A stretch of DNA of 63,998 nucleotides, the filler included, from Cercozoa sp. M6MM (taxonomy: Eukaryota > Protista > Endomyxa: Ascetosporea): assembly GCA_040357565.1 (NCBI GenBank). It is 10 parts of 10 records of this genome, joined end to end, with 100 filler letters (N's around TTAATTAATTAA, not from the genome) between each part and the next. Parts side by side here need not be neighbours in the genome. Positions count along the whole stretch, not along the records: positions 24,910 to 31,360 come from JBDODJ010000734.1; positions 31,461 to 43,883 come from JBDODJ010000380.1; 8 more parts are not named here. One strand, 5' to 3'. The notes below the pieces were generated by a model. The model searched no databases and was not told where the DNA came from. It saw only the letters and a program-made list of their open reading frames with translations. Position 1 is the first letter of the stretch. Every line of letters starts with the position of its first letter. The translations under genes and the position numbers were made by a program. Shown here one piece after another: positions 24,943 to 37,300 of this stretch.

Positions 24943-26539
24943 TAAGTCACACCATCAACAGAGACGCAGACGCGAAAGACACGTGCCTACACAAGAGACA
25001 CGTAAACTACAGGGAGGGGAAAGGTGGACAGGGATACCTTGTGACCCAGCAGCGCACCTTGGAGCACTGGTGTCAAGTCACTGCCCACGTGCCAGAAACG
25101 CAGGGCTCGGTCGTCACCTAGTGTACATGGGTACCATACAAAAATGTGCACATTAAGATGTGTACATTGGGAGGGGCAAAGTACCGACCGAGCAGAGGGT
25201 GAGCGCGTCGTTGCTGCCGCCAAAAGCGACGTCCATGATGACACCTTTCGTTCGGCCCCGGTGCACATGCGCAGGTGCCACGTCGACGCCTTCGCTCTGA
25301 GGAGGGGGGTAAAGGACATACATACAAGTTACAACGACCTTACATTAATGTCAGCCAGTGCATCGATCACGAGCAGTTGTCGAAACACCTAAACACAACA
25401 CAGTACAGGAGTCTAGGGTACAAGGAGGATAGGGTACAGGGGTATATAGTACAGGGGTATATGGTACAGAGGTATAGGGTACAGGGGTATAGGATACAGA
25501 GATATCGGGCACAGGAGTATAGGTACAGGAGTATATGTTATGAAGAGCTACCGTGCCACACGCCGCAAGTAACTGTCGCTTGCCGTCGCTGCAGTCAGAA
25601 GAGAAGAGAGACAAGGAGGATGAGGGTAAAGACAAGGAGGATGAGGGTAAAGTCAAGGAGGATGAGGGAAAGTCTCATGTAGCACTGTAGCAGAAGAAGA
25701 GGAACTCACGCCAACTGTCGCGGCAGCAGTCGCATGGCGTACAGTAAGCAGTGGTCCGCACTGGGACGCCGCATGCGCAGCTGCCAACTCACGCGAGTGT
25801 CCGTCACCACACGCGACAGGATCTGCACCTCGCCATGTGCTGTTCCGATCAGCAGCGTGTCCAACTGTACACACACATTTATATATTATATTTATACTTA
25901 TATGACATTTATATTTATTATTATTAACTAGTGTGCACTACCTCAGCAGCGTGCTGCAGCAGAAGCTGCTGTTCCAGACCGCATTGGGGCCACGCCTTGT
26001 CACTGACACTACAAGAGCACAAACACAACAGATTAACACACGCGAACACAGAGCATGCAAGGCCTACAGCAGGGCATCCAGCACGAGGTCGTCTGCCTCG
26101 TACGCGTCGACGCGGGCAATGTCGCCACTGGCCGTATCGACACGTAGGTGTACCACCTGTCGCTCGCCAAAGGCCAGCACATGCACCGCCGCGCCTTTCG
26201 CACCTTCGCTCATTCCGGACACATTGATTTCAGTTCCGCAGAGGCGCAGGTTGTGCACGCGCGCACCCGTCAGTGCCTGTCATATAGACAGCCACCGACA
26301 AAACTACCTGACGAAACAACGACTCCTCTATCGGCAGGCAAGTACCTGGAAAGTCGACAAGCACTGCTCGCCTCGCCAAGTTTCCACTTGTGCACCGCAT
26401 CCACGCAGCTGTGCACCCAAAAAGGAACGACTGCACGAGTAATAGTTCCACCTGTCAGAGCATATACCACCACATCGTCTGGCAACGCGCGCACCGAAAG
26501 AATTTCGCTCGCCACTGATAAACTAGATACGGCGCGCAT
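24943..26539 (-). CDS. WDR6/Trm734-like WD40 protein (3'-truncated)
   Basis: HVLAFGERQV, GVIMDVAF...LCS|GDDRALRFW...LLGHK|ARVF fits the WDR6 SDDRxxRxW...GHxARV pattern. Confidence 0.6.
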
Positions 26540-26835
26540 CCCCGTGGACCTATTTGAACTATTAGATGTTAACACCCGCTAGGTCGCTCGATCGGCTTGA
26601 GTCCAGTACACTTGAGCCGGAGAGTACGCCGGAGGACAAGGGACCTGGCAGTTGTCTGTTGTGCTGGTCGCTGTGCAGAAAAACCGTTTTGCACGCAGTT
26701 TCCCTGCTCATTCAGAGTCTCAGTGCAAAGCTTTTGTAGTTTTGAGTGTACACTAGCGGTTTGGTCGCTGTTTGAGCAGTTTTATTGTTGCAAACTTTGG
26801 AGTTTTTGCAGAAAAGAAAACTCGATCCAAATAGT

Positions 26836-28430
26836 ATGTCGGAACTTGTTGTCCAGCTGTAGGCTTCCTTTTACCCTGTCACTTCGGTCAAGTTGCTTAA
26901 ATCTGCCTTGTTTGAACAGGTTCTTCCACAAGCCGACGTGGACGGCAACATGTACCATTCCTTTCTCCTTGTGGACGCTTGTTACTGTGCTCAATTGTCG
27001 CTTTTACCAAAGATGTGGCGTGGGATCCGCTCTCGCGCAAGTGCGCTCTCATCGACACGGCCGCCGACTTTGATGTTAGCACGGGCAAGCTGTCCTTCGA
27101 GGCCGCCAAGGTATCGCTTTGTCTGTGTCTTTAGATACGATACTTAATGTACATTAGTATGCTGTTGTTTGAGCAGGAGGTGCAGGCGTACGTCGCGGAG
27201 CACGAGCTCGATGTGGAGTGGATCCTCGAGACGCACGCTCACGCCGACCATCTCACGTGAGCTTTCATTTTATTGTTCGACTTCTGTGCACATGCTTCCT
27301 GCTGTGACAGTGCGGCGCAGTACCTGAAGAAGCAGTACCCGCAGGCCAAGGTTGGCATCGGCGCTGGCATCACTGTGTATGTCTTTTTTTGTTCCTTGAG
27401 TCGGTCTTTTTCATGATGTGTTGTTGTGCAGTGTGCAGGAAACTTTCAAGCCGGTGTTCGGCGCTGCCGACGTCGTCGCTGACGGCTCGCAGTTCGATGT
27501 GCTCTTTAAGGACGGTGACGAATTCAAGATCGGCTTCATTGAGTGCGCTTATGTCTCTATGCTCTCTGAGTTATTCAGTGTATGGGGCCTTTGGTTCTTG
27601 GCAGGTGCCGCGCCATGTCGACGCCCGGTCACACGCCGGCCTGCACAACGTAAGCTAACCTTGTACTTGTGGGTGCTTGTGTACTTTTGCGCGCATATGC
27701 ATTGATTCGGTTGCAGCTACGTGTGCGGCTCGGCTGCTTTCACGGGCGACACGTTCTTCCATCCGGTATCTTTATTTCCTCAAACATTGTATCTATTTAT
27801 ATTTATTATGCTCCTGATTGTTGCAGGACGTGGGTTCGGCCCGCTGCGACTTCCCGCGCGGCTCGGCGACGCAGCTGTACGAGTCGCTGCAGAAGATTCT
27901 GTCGCTGCCGGACCACTTCCGGTACGCACCGTGTCTGACGAGTTTGTAGCCAGTTGTTCAAGTGCCTTGCTGTTCAGTATCTACGTTGGACACGACTACC
28001 CGGGCGACCGACGAGAAGTCGAGACGGAGATTACGGTACCTCCTTTCTCTCCCTCTTTAAAGGTGGTCTGATGAGTGTCGATGTGTTTTGTAGGTGGCTC
28101 GTATGAAGGCCGAGAACAAGCACGTCGTGTCGCCTGACGGTCACGTGTACACGCGCGAGGTTCGTTTCTATCAGCAGGACCATCTGATGCTTCCAAAATT
28201 TGCTTGTTTGCAGGAGTACATTGAGATGCGCGAAAAGCGTGACAGTCAGCTCAATGCGCCGCGTCTGTTGTTGCCCTCGATCCAGGTCAACATGCGCGCT
28301 GGCAGCCTGGTACAGTTGGGCTTTCTGAGTGGCGTAATATGCGCGGTGTGTGTATTGCTGGTTTGGTGTACAGCCTCCTGCGGACCATGGCGCCGTGTGC
28401 CTCCGTTTGCCCGTCAAGGTCGAAGAGTAA
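26836..28430 (+). CDS. MBL-fold persulfide dioxygenase, bacterial SdoA/Blh-like type; 13 exons
   Basis: WILETHAHADHLT, DGSQFDVLFKDG, TPGHTPAC, AFTGDTFFHPDVGSARCDFPRGS, IYVGHDYP, RDSQLNAPRLLLPSIQVNMRAGSLP; 12 GT-AG introns traced in frame. Confidence 0.9.
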
Positions 28431-28598
28431 ACCAACGCAACTTGCCGCTGAACTGAACTGAACCTCGCTGTGCCGAGTCGCTGTGAAGTGAATTGGATAC
28501 GCCCGACTTGCAAACACGACGATGAACACTTGTAAAGTTATAAACAATACGATACTAGCTACTCGACGCAGCCGGCTCTTGAGATGGCTCGGTACCAA

Positions 28599-30295
28599 TC
28601 AGCCGAACATGTTGCGCAGAGCGGAGTTGTTGCGTCGTTTGAGACCCTTGCTGCCGGTGGCAGGCGACGTAGCTTGACGCAACTCCTACGAGAGTGTGTG
28701 TGTGTGTGAGAGAGGGATAACATGAAGAGAGGACTGGGCAATCTGTACCTCGAGTTGACGGCGCAGCTCAATGTTCTCCATCTCAACATCGTTGAGTCGG
28801 TCCATTGTGTTAACGAGTTTCACCTTGGTGTCGACCAGAGCGACCTCCTGCGCCGTGAAGCGTCTTGACATTTCTCTCATTTCGTCTCTGATGGGTCAAG
28901 GGTAAAAGATGGGTCAGGGGTAAAAAGGCTCAAGAGGGTCAGGGAGTGTAGTACCGACCCCGAGCCAGCTTGCTCATGAGTGTCTGCACACGTCGCTCGT
29001 AGTACATGCGGATGTCGGTGCCACTGGCAGTGCCTGGTGGAGGTGCCTGCCAGTCGCGCACGTCGAGTTTGGACTGTGTGCGCACAGAGAGGTCACACAG
29101 GACAAGGTAGAGACCAGGTAGCAGAGAAGAGAAGCACCTGGCTGGACTCTTGTGGCACAGGTAGACTGCTGCTGAGGTTCGTGGCGCCTCCTCTGCTGTC
29201 CTGAGTCGGATCGGTGCTGCTGCTCGTGAGGTCCACGGGACCCCTGCTGTGTTGCCTGTGCACACGCATGCATAAACACTCCTCAGTGTCGAACCCCAGA
29301 AAGGAAGACACCTGCGTCGGTCAGGCACTCGCAACTCGTTGCCAAATCGAAAGCCTCCACTCTGTCCACCCAGAGTATATCGACCAGACTGGGTAGAGCC
29401 AGGTAGACAGCAAGGGGGGCAAGTACGTGCTGTGTCTGATCGAAGTCGTCGAGGTCGCTCATGAGACCGAGTGTCGACGTCGAAGCGACCGACGAAGCCA
29501 GGTCGTCGGCCACGGAGCCACGCACGCGTTCGGCACTCACTTCAGTCCGCAGCACGGCCTCCGGGTCGGCGCACTTCTCCAGCTGGAACTCCAGTGCCTG
29601 CGGCGTCTCACGATCCACGTACCTGCATCGAGAACGAGGGTACATATGGTTGTACATGCAAAGAGCAGGTGTAGCTACCGTGACAGGTCGAACTCAAAGC
29701 GACCAAAGTGTTTCGGGCCCCTGCAACCAAACGCACAGTCACAACACTCTCCGATATAGATGGGTATATAGATAGGTTGCCTGCCCTTGTCGACTTTGAC
29801 CACAAGCTTTCCCGACTTGGACTGGTACACACCCGTTTTTGGTGAGTAGTACATTGTAGCCATCACGACAAGCTGCTCATCGTGCCCTGTCACATCAACC
29901 AACATACAGTCCACAGCTGATCTAGTCAAGTCAGGGGAGGTTACACAAGGCGACGCCACTCTCACCTGTCTGCGGATCATTCTCGCCCTCGACCCTGCAC
30001 CACAAAGAGACCAGGTTGCACCTTTAGGTGTTATGAATGTACATGTCAGTACCAGGAAGAAACGACAAGACGCGAACCGCGATGCAACTCAACGCAGACT
30101 TTGCCGTTCAGACGGCCCTGCACTTGCAGATACTCCAGTCCTATACAGCCAGCCAGGCGATCCACTCAATTAAACATCGATGCAAGGCACACGTGTTGCC
30201 GCGTGACCGTGCTGTGATAGTACGAAATCAAAAGCACCGATACGAAACTGGAACTTGTGCCTTTCTAGGCCCCGACGCATCCAAAACTTGGACAT
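28599..30295 (-). CDS. NT-type C2 domain (EEIG1/EHBP1-like) protein with C-terminal coiled coil
   Basis: MSKFW...HKFQFRIGLEYLQV...VCVELHRGSR...VMATMYYSPKTGVYQSKSGKL...FGRFEFDLSRY...LEKCADPEAVL; ends NSALRNMFG*. Confidence 0.6.
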
Positions 30296-30652
30296 TTTAA
30301 AGGTTTCGCGCTTAGTGGAACTGCGCCAGTGTGGTTTCCTACACCAATCAGTGCAAAAGTGCCAGTTGCGCTGCTTTTAGAGCCTGTCTGAGGCACCGGG
30401 TTGCTAGAAATTAAGGGTGAGACGAGACCCAACTGTACCGCAGTCAGACAACTTTAGGGAGCAGCAGCAGAAAACGGCGCAGCAAAAAGGCCAAACTGTG
30501 GTGCGCAAGACAGAGCCAAGAGGTAAAAGAACCTGTTGGCAGAGCTGCATGTGCGTTTTGTCGCTTCATAAGTTGTTGCACGATGATGTCCTGTTTTTTT
30601 TTGCCATTGTTATTCTCATCCTCCGCGGGTAGCGTGCGCTGGCTAGCCGAGC

Positions 30653-31320
30653 ATGGGTCGCACCGTGTCGAACGTGATCGCTCGTCTGCGTCACCTGCAG
30701 GATGCTGGTGATGAAGCAGGCGAGGCAGCGTTCACTCAGGAGGTAGCTGACTGTGGGTGGTGGGTGGGTGGGCGGGGGTGCCTCGGGGGATGTGTCTCTG
30801 TGTTCCAGGTGATCAACGAAGCGCGGCAAGCACTTAATGAACGCGACGCCAGCGTCGACAACAAAGCTGACGCTGTCCGCAAGCTGGTGTACCTGCACAT
30901 GATGGGTGCCGACATGTCCTGGTATATGTATACACAGTATGTATACACACACGTGTGTGTACTGTCTTGGTTGTGTACGCAGGGCCGCCTTCTCGGTGGT
31001 GGAACTGATGTCAGCACCGTGGTTTGGACACCGCCGCGTCGGCTACTTGGCTGCTGCGCAGGTTTTTCCCCTTAACTACCCCTACCCTCCCCCTTAACTA
31101 CCTCCCCTTATCCTACCCCTATCAGTCGTTCGACAAGGAAACAGACGTGCTGGTGCTGACGACGCAACTGTTCAAGAACGTTCTGACGTCGTCGTCTGGC
31201 TCTGCTGCTGGTACAGACAGTACCGACAGTGTCTGTTTGTACTGTGTTAAACAAGGTTGTTTTTGCAGGTGCACGTAGTGTGGGCAGCCGGCTCGGCTCG
31301 CTCTTCCGTCAGAGTATGTG
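30653..31320 (+). CDS. AP3D1: AP-3 complex subunit delta (5' part)
   Basis: KADAVRKLVYLHMMGADMS|WAAFSVVELMSAPWFGHRRVGYLAAAQ|SFDKETDVLVLTTQLF. Confidence 0.88.
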
Positions 31321-31460
31321 TTGATACCTTACCCTCTACCCGGCATACACCCGTACCCTCNNNNNNNNNNNNNNNNNNNNNNNNNNNNNNNNNNNNNNNN
31401 NNNNTTAATTAATTAANNNNNNNNNNNNNNNNNNNNNNNNNNNNNNNNNNNNNNNNNNNN

Positions 31461-31500
<40 letters not shown>

Positions 31501-31547
31501 TTTGTGTGTGTGTGTGTGAGTGTGTGTGTGTGTGTGTGTGTGCACAG

Positions 31548-31852
31548 GGAGTGACGGAGAAGATCATGCTGCGACGTCAGTTGTCGCCTGCTGAACTACG
31601 TCGTATCAAGCGAGGTTTTGAGGTATCCGTTTCCGTAGGTTACTTTTTTTGCATCATCGGGTGAGGTTGCAGAAACTGATGCAACTGCGTCCACCGCACG
31701 GCGACGATCTCGATGCGCTGATTGCCAAGGTGCTCCCGGTTTCTTGTCAGACCCAAGTCTGTCTTTCCGATCTGATGTGCGATACTTTTCTCGACGTGCA
31801 GCACTACGTAGCCTACATCAACGCGCACCTCGAAAAGCAAGTCGATGAGTAA
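31548..31852 (+). CDS. 3' exons of an unidentified gene
   Basis: Three short GT-AG-linked exons ending HYVAYINAHLEKQVDE*. Confidence 0.4.
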
Positions 31853-32397
31853 GCAAAGACGCCGTCCGATGGCGTGGACGACGCCAGCGCCATGCTGTTT
31901 CTTTTTATATTTACATCCTGCCTAGATGTAACGTAAAAGAACTAAAAGAAAACGAATTCGAGAACCTGAAACACCACGTCATCGATCGGCCGGGATAGCT
32001 CGTCTGCCAAAAGTTCCGCACCGGTCGGCCATCGGTGACCCCATCCGATTGCGATCAGATACAGTACGGCAAACAACTTTCCTGGCGTTCGACAAAGACT
32101 GAAATTAATGACTGGATGAATGAAACGAAATGTATGCCCGCTGCACACAGAGCATATCTAAATAAACTTATATATATATATATATATATACATAACTGAC
32201 GCTTCCGTTCGGTTTATTTCTACAGTACTGCACTGAACATGTATCTTTAACATGCGGGAAAGTTACTGCGAAATAGTATAGATTGTGCCTGAGTACAGTA
32301 GATCAATTTAATTCAATTCAAGTTCAGTTCAGACGGCTGCAGCCAGAGGTTATATTTACTGCACTTCGAGTGCCACCAGCTGCGGGTTCTGCACTTG

Positions 32398-33120
32398 TTA
32401 TAGTGCAGCGAGAGGATGTCCAGGTGGAGTTGCACGAGTCGCCGAGCAGTGTCGGATGACAACACGCCGTTCTTGTGCGAGCATCACGACGGCCACTTGG
32501 GGCGGCCTCGTCGTTGTCACCGTCGTACGACGTGATTCGAGTGCGCCTGTCAAGAAGGGATACTTGACTGATACCGAAAGTATCGAAGTAGATAGAGAGA
32601 GAGAGAGAGAACTGCCGCTTGGTAGGCACATCGGGCATTGGTAGCTCTGCAGCCAGTCGAAGGATTCTACAGTACGGACACAAAGACACAATGTCAACAA
32701 CACCGTTACTAAGCAAATGCAGTGAAAGACAAGTGCACCACGAGCACTCCCAGCGATCTGCCGGACAATGTGATGTCGCTTAAGGACGCCTCGAAGTGAG
32801 TGCTTGAGTTTCTCAAGCAGCGCGTGCTGGACACCAAACACTCAAAGTCACAAGTCAAAAGTCAAAAGTCAAAACATCCATGCGATTCAACCCTGGGGTC
32901 ATTAGGCGTGTCAAATGTGTGCAATCAACTCACTATCTTTGCTTTCAGGGTCGTGGTCATCTTTCATAAGCATAGACAGACAAAAAAGAAGTGTGCGTGA
33001 GGTACTCGCGGTGAGACCGAGCGAGTCCATGACTAATGGGATCGCGGTTCGTCCGATTGTGACCAGTTGTCCAAGCAAAAAGTCAGAACCATCAAAGCGC
33101 CTCTGGTGCTACTCTTCCGT
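32398..33120 (-). CDS. Hypothetical protein
   Basis: Spliced-looking exons (VQHALLEKLKHSLRGVLKRHH; ESFDWLQSYQCPMC); no family recognised. Confidence 0.3.
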
Positions 33121-33421
33121 CAGTCGGCCTCTATTTTGACCCAATCTACCACTAAAATGTGCATCAGGAGGCCTTAGATTTTCTCTGGGGCGATCGGCAA
33201 CGACAGATAGTAGCAGGCACGTGCAGTACATGTGTTCTAACTGTCAAGAGGCAATAAATCTCTAATTGGCGTCGGTAGAGTGCTGATTTGGTCATTTCGC
33301 GTAATAGCCACTTTGCGTTCGATACAATAGCGCGACGTGGAGAATGCGACTTTATGTGGTTATAGTACTTTAATTAGTGTTACTAAAGCCAATTTTTGTT
33401 CTGTAGATTCAGCTTGGGCTT

Positions 33422-34112
33422 CTAGGAGTCTTGAGTTGGTTTGAGAAATGTCGGCAGTTCGTCGTTTTGGTACAAGCGATCCGCGAAGTAGACTCGGTGA
33501 ACTCGCACATTGCTAAAGTATATATACCGTCTCGTAATAGGCATACCACAAGTCCAGCATTGTATGCCGAAACAGTGCTGTATGCCGAAACATACGCGAA
33601 AATTCGCACTCGCATTGTGCACCGAAAGACAGTTTTGAAGACACGCCACGTCAGAGAGCGCAAATCCAGCGGGATAAAGTTCCTGTGCACAAAAGCGCAT
33701 CTCAAAAGCAGTAAATACGCATCGCAGAACCTGCAACTAAACTGACCATCGATCGGTGAGCCGGAGTGGCATCGAGCAGCGGTGTGCTCGGTGCTCGCAA
33801 CGCACCACAGTTTGAGAGTTGGCGAACGCGAAAGTGAATTCACGTCGCTTTTCGTCGAGCACGTCCACTTCCAATCGTACGAAATGACCGAGATTCTTCA
33901 AGTGCAGGCACAGTATCGGAAAGGGACAGCCGACAATCGCTTCTGGCATGCTGTCGGAAGTTGTATCGTGTTCGTCGACGCCGGCGGTGAGCGACTGCGA
34001 CAGCTCTTTTGAAGAGCTCGCGCGTGGAAATTCGACGCAAGCATCAGTTGCCGTGTGCGAACGCAAGTCAATAACTTTGCCTTGTACTTCGGCATCGTCC
34101 AGTGTTTGGACC

Positions 34113-34162
<50 letters not shown>

Positions 34163-34350
34163 TCACGATACATCAGCATCTCGGACCAGTTGCACGAAAC
34201 CCACCTTGGTGAGGGGCGTTTGTTTACGCACATCCAAGCCCCAGTTTTCCACTGAAAAGTTGTTTTGTTCGTACGTAGGACCCAGAATCGAAAACAAGTG
34301 ATTCTAGAAAGGAAACGTAAGGAATTTAAATCGCGGGTCGACTTCCTCGA
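33422..34350 (-). CDS. Divergent CFAP20/BUG22 (DUF667) family protein
   Basis: GCPFPILCLHLKNLGHFVRLEVDVLDEKRR...NSQTVVR...CSMPLRLTDRW and VHRVYFADRLYQNDELPTFLK parallel CFAP20 motifs; start uncertain. Confidence 0.75.
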
Positions 34351-34390
34351 AGTTCAAGATTAGTTGGAAAATACGCAAATTACCGCAACG

Positions 34391-37300
34391 ATGTCGGATT
34401 CGAGCTCCTCGCTGGGTACAACAGCGTCATCCGGGGAAAGCATCTGCACCTGCTGTACTTCAGTTGGCATTTCTCAGCCAGGCTGGGAGTACAGAATACG
34501 AATAGAGGCAGTTGGTCTCAGTTGTATTTTTTGGGGTATGAAAAACGCTTCAGTAAAAGACAGTTGCTTTCCACCTGAAACCGTCAACCCCAGCGACTGT
34601 TTCTCATACCAGGGCGGCAAAATGAGGTGGCACGATGTCTCTATTGTGGTACATGCCCCACTTGTCCCAATATCCTTAGAATCGAGTATGTTTTTTCACT
34701 ACCCAGTTGGCGTGCGGACTTCTTTGTTTGGGCTTTGTCTGTGCTGCACAATTGCGAAAGTACTCCGAGGTGAGCAGCGCCAGCAATTGGGCCTCTGTAC
34801 AGCCTTTCCTCTCATCCAACACTGTTACATTCGTCAGACGCAACCATTGCGCGGCAGGTCGACAGTCTGTCTCTGGCTAGTGCTTTTTTGTTCGGTCGCT
34901 ACGGCTGTAATCGACGCCGCTTTAAGCCTTGCCTCAAATGATGCGAAAAACAAACTGAATCTGCTTCTTCTGCACGTCCCTGTGTAAGCTGGATTTTTCA
35001 AAGAGTGTAACATCTAAAAACATATGGCTGGTAAATTAAATTTACAGTTCGGCACTTTTGGGTGTTCTGACGACACGTACCTAGTAACAGCACCCTACTC
35101 GCTTGACCTGTTTGCAAGTATGTGTCACTACGGATTTGTGTGTAGCTACTACTGGATAAACACGAAACGAACACAGCTTCAGTTGTCTCGAGCGACACGA
35201 CTCATGGTTCTTACGTTTCTCAGTTCGCTTTGTCGCTTGCTTCCACTCGAGTTTTGCACTTAATCCTCAGGGAACAGGCAAGCAGTCGGAGCGCTCATTT
35301 TTCTTGTCGCACTGGCTCACTTCAGGACCCGTTCTGCTGTCAATGGCACTGATATTCTCAGTACTGCTGTTCCTGCCTGCTTTGCACTCTCCCATCGCTG
35401 GTGACGTCGTGTGCGTACACTAAAACTGATATATAGTATACCTTCTTACTGTGCAGCACGAATCATTGATTACTGTTCTCACATAACAGGTGGCCTTCTT
35501 AGCATTGGCGCAAGTGCTTTACGTGTTTCAACATCGTTGTCGGTCTCGCACTCAGGTGTCTCCTCCTGTTTTTTTTTCAACGTTTCTTATTCATGAGTTA
35601 CGTCCTGACTCTATCGAATATTTGTGCAGAACATGCAGGATACTCTTCGAATTCGAAGTGAACTGCGCACCCTCTCCTTCGTCATTGTTGGCTTTCTGTA
35701 CGGCAACTTCAGATGAAGCGTGATAAAGTATAAAGTGTGTTTGCACAGCGTCATGCTGTTGATGGTGCGCCTTGGAACACGAGAGATCGACAGCGATGAG
35801 TATGAGCTTGTGCTCTTGGTCAACATGACGTTGCTCGAAGTCACCTGCGCCTTCGTGCTATACTACAGGTACAAACTAAAGGCATAATGGTGTCTCTGTT
35901 TTCGTGCCTTGATCCGACGGGTATTGCAGTGTGTATCGTCCCGCACGAGCTGCAAAGCGAGTGCAACATCTGCTGAATTCTCACAACCAAACTAACGGTA
36001 CTCGGCATAAAGACGGTAACTGAGATGGCTGCAACTGCTTTACGCGTGTACATAAGTGTTCGTTTATCAGAGAAAGCACAGACGACTGCGATGCGAAACG
36101 TTCGCGCGGAATTGCACAGTTTGTACGATTGACTGGAACAGTTATCGTGTTTGCCGGTTGTATACTCCCATGTGATTTAGGAACCTACTCGAAGAGCACG
36201 TGGTCGACACGATTTCAGTCGAGCTTCTGTAACTTAAATATATATTTTTCCGATCCCTCTGATAAACGAACACTACGTACACGATCCATTCTCAAATACA
36301 GGATGGCAACTGACACCGGCTACGATGTGTTCTTGTCGTTCTTAAGTGGCGAGTTCTCTACTGAGAATGCTCTCTTTGTGGATGCCGTCCACCAATTCCT
36401 ACTCAAGTAAGAAGCCCTTAGACAACGTGAAACTGTACTGACCAGTGGTATTCAATATTTCTATTGAGATGCAGATTCGAACCAGCGCTGCTGCACAAAC
36501 GCGGCGTTTTGTGTCGAAAAAGCAAAAGCTTGGTACAACCTTCGGTTCCCAGTGCAGCCGAGGCTATCGCTATTTGAAAAGCAATTGTTGTGTATAGAAC
36601 TTACAAATACCTTCTGAAAGCGACGAAAGGTAAATTGATGGCAACTTCACAGTCTGAGGCAAAATAGTATAGTACTGTATTCATATGTTGCCGAGCTCAG
36701 TTCCGACGAGCCAAACTTCGACGATTTGTTCACAATGTACAACCTGAGTTGCTCCACTAAGTACTACCTGTAAGTATTGAAACCACTGTTTTCTCTGATG
36801 GCAGGTACGTGCGTGTCGGGCACATATTTAATCGGTACCTGATGAACGGTGCGACCATGCAAGGTCAAATTCCCGTCACCATGCTATGAAACAGGCACTG
36901 GGCAGTCATACCTCTTGTGCCAACACAGTCAACGTACCAGCACTGGTGTCACAACGTGTGCATGCGATGGCACTGTCATTGGCGCATGCACTGCCACTGA
37001 ACTGGTCCGTCAATACCAAGGTACCACACGCGTACGGACAGGCAAAGTGATGCAGCCCAATCATAATTCGACCATGTTATCAGGTCGGCTTCTCGTTCTG
37101 GCTAAAGGAATTGGCATCTTCGACGCAGAAACCACCACCAAAAAAGACGTTGCTTGTACAGTTTTCTTTTGCCAGTTTTGAAGTAGCCACACTGCTTGAC
37201 ATGTGGATGATGATTTGTATTATGTCTCAACGCAGTGGAGTATGCAAACTTTCATACGCACGAACACGACTTCGCAGACTCAACAGAGGAAAAACGACTG

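Noticed and set aside
20976-26539. Apparent tRNA-modification cluster (DTWD1-like near WDR6-like)
   Set aside because: The two genes are separated by an artificial spacer gap, so linkage is not established.
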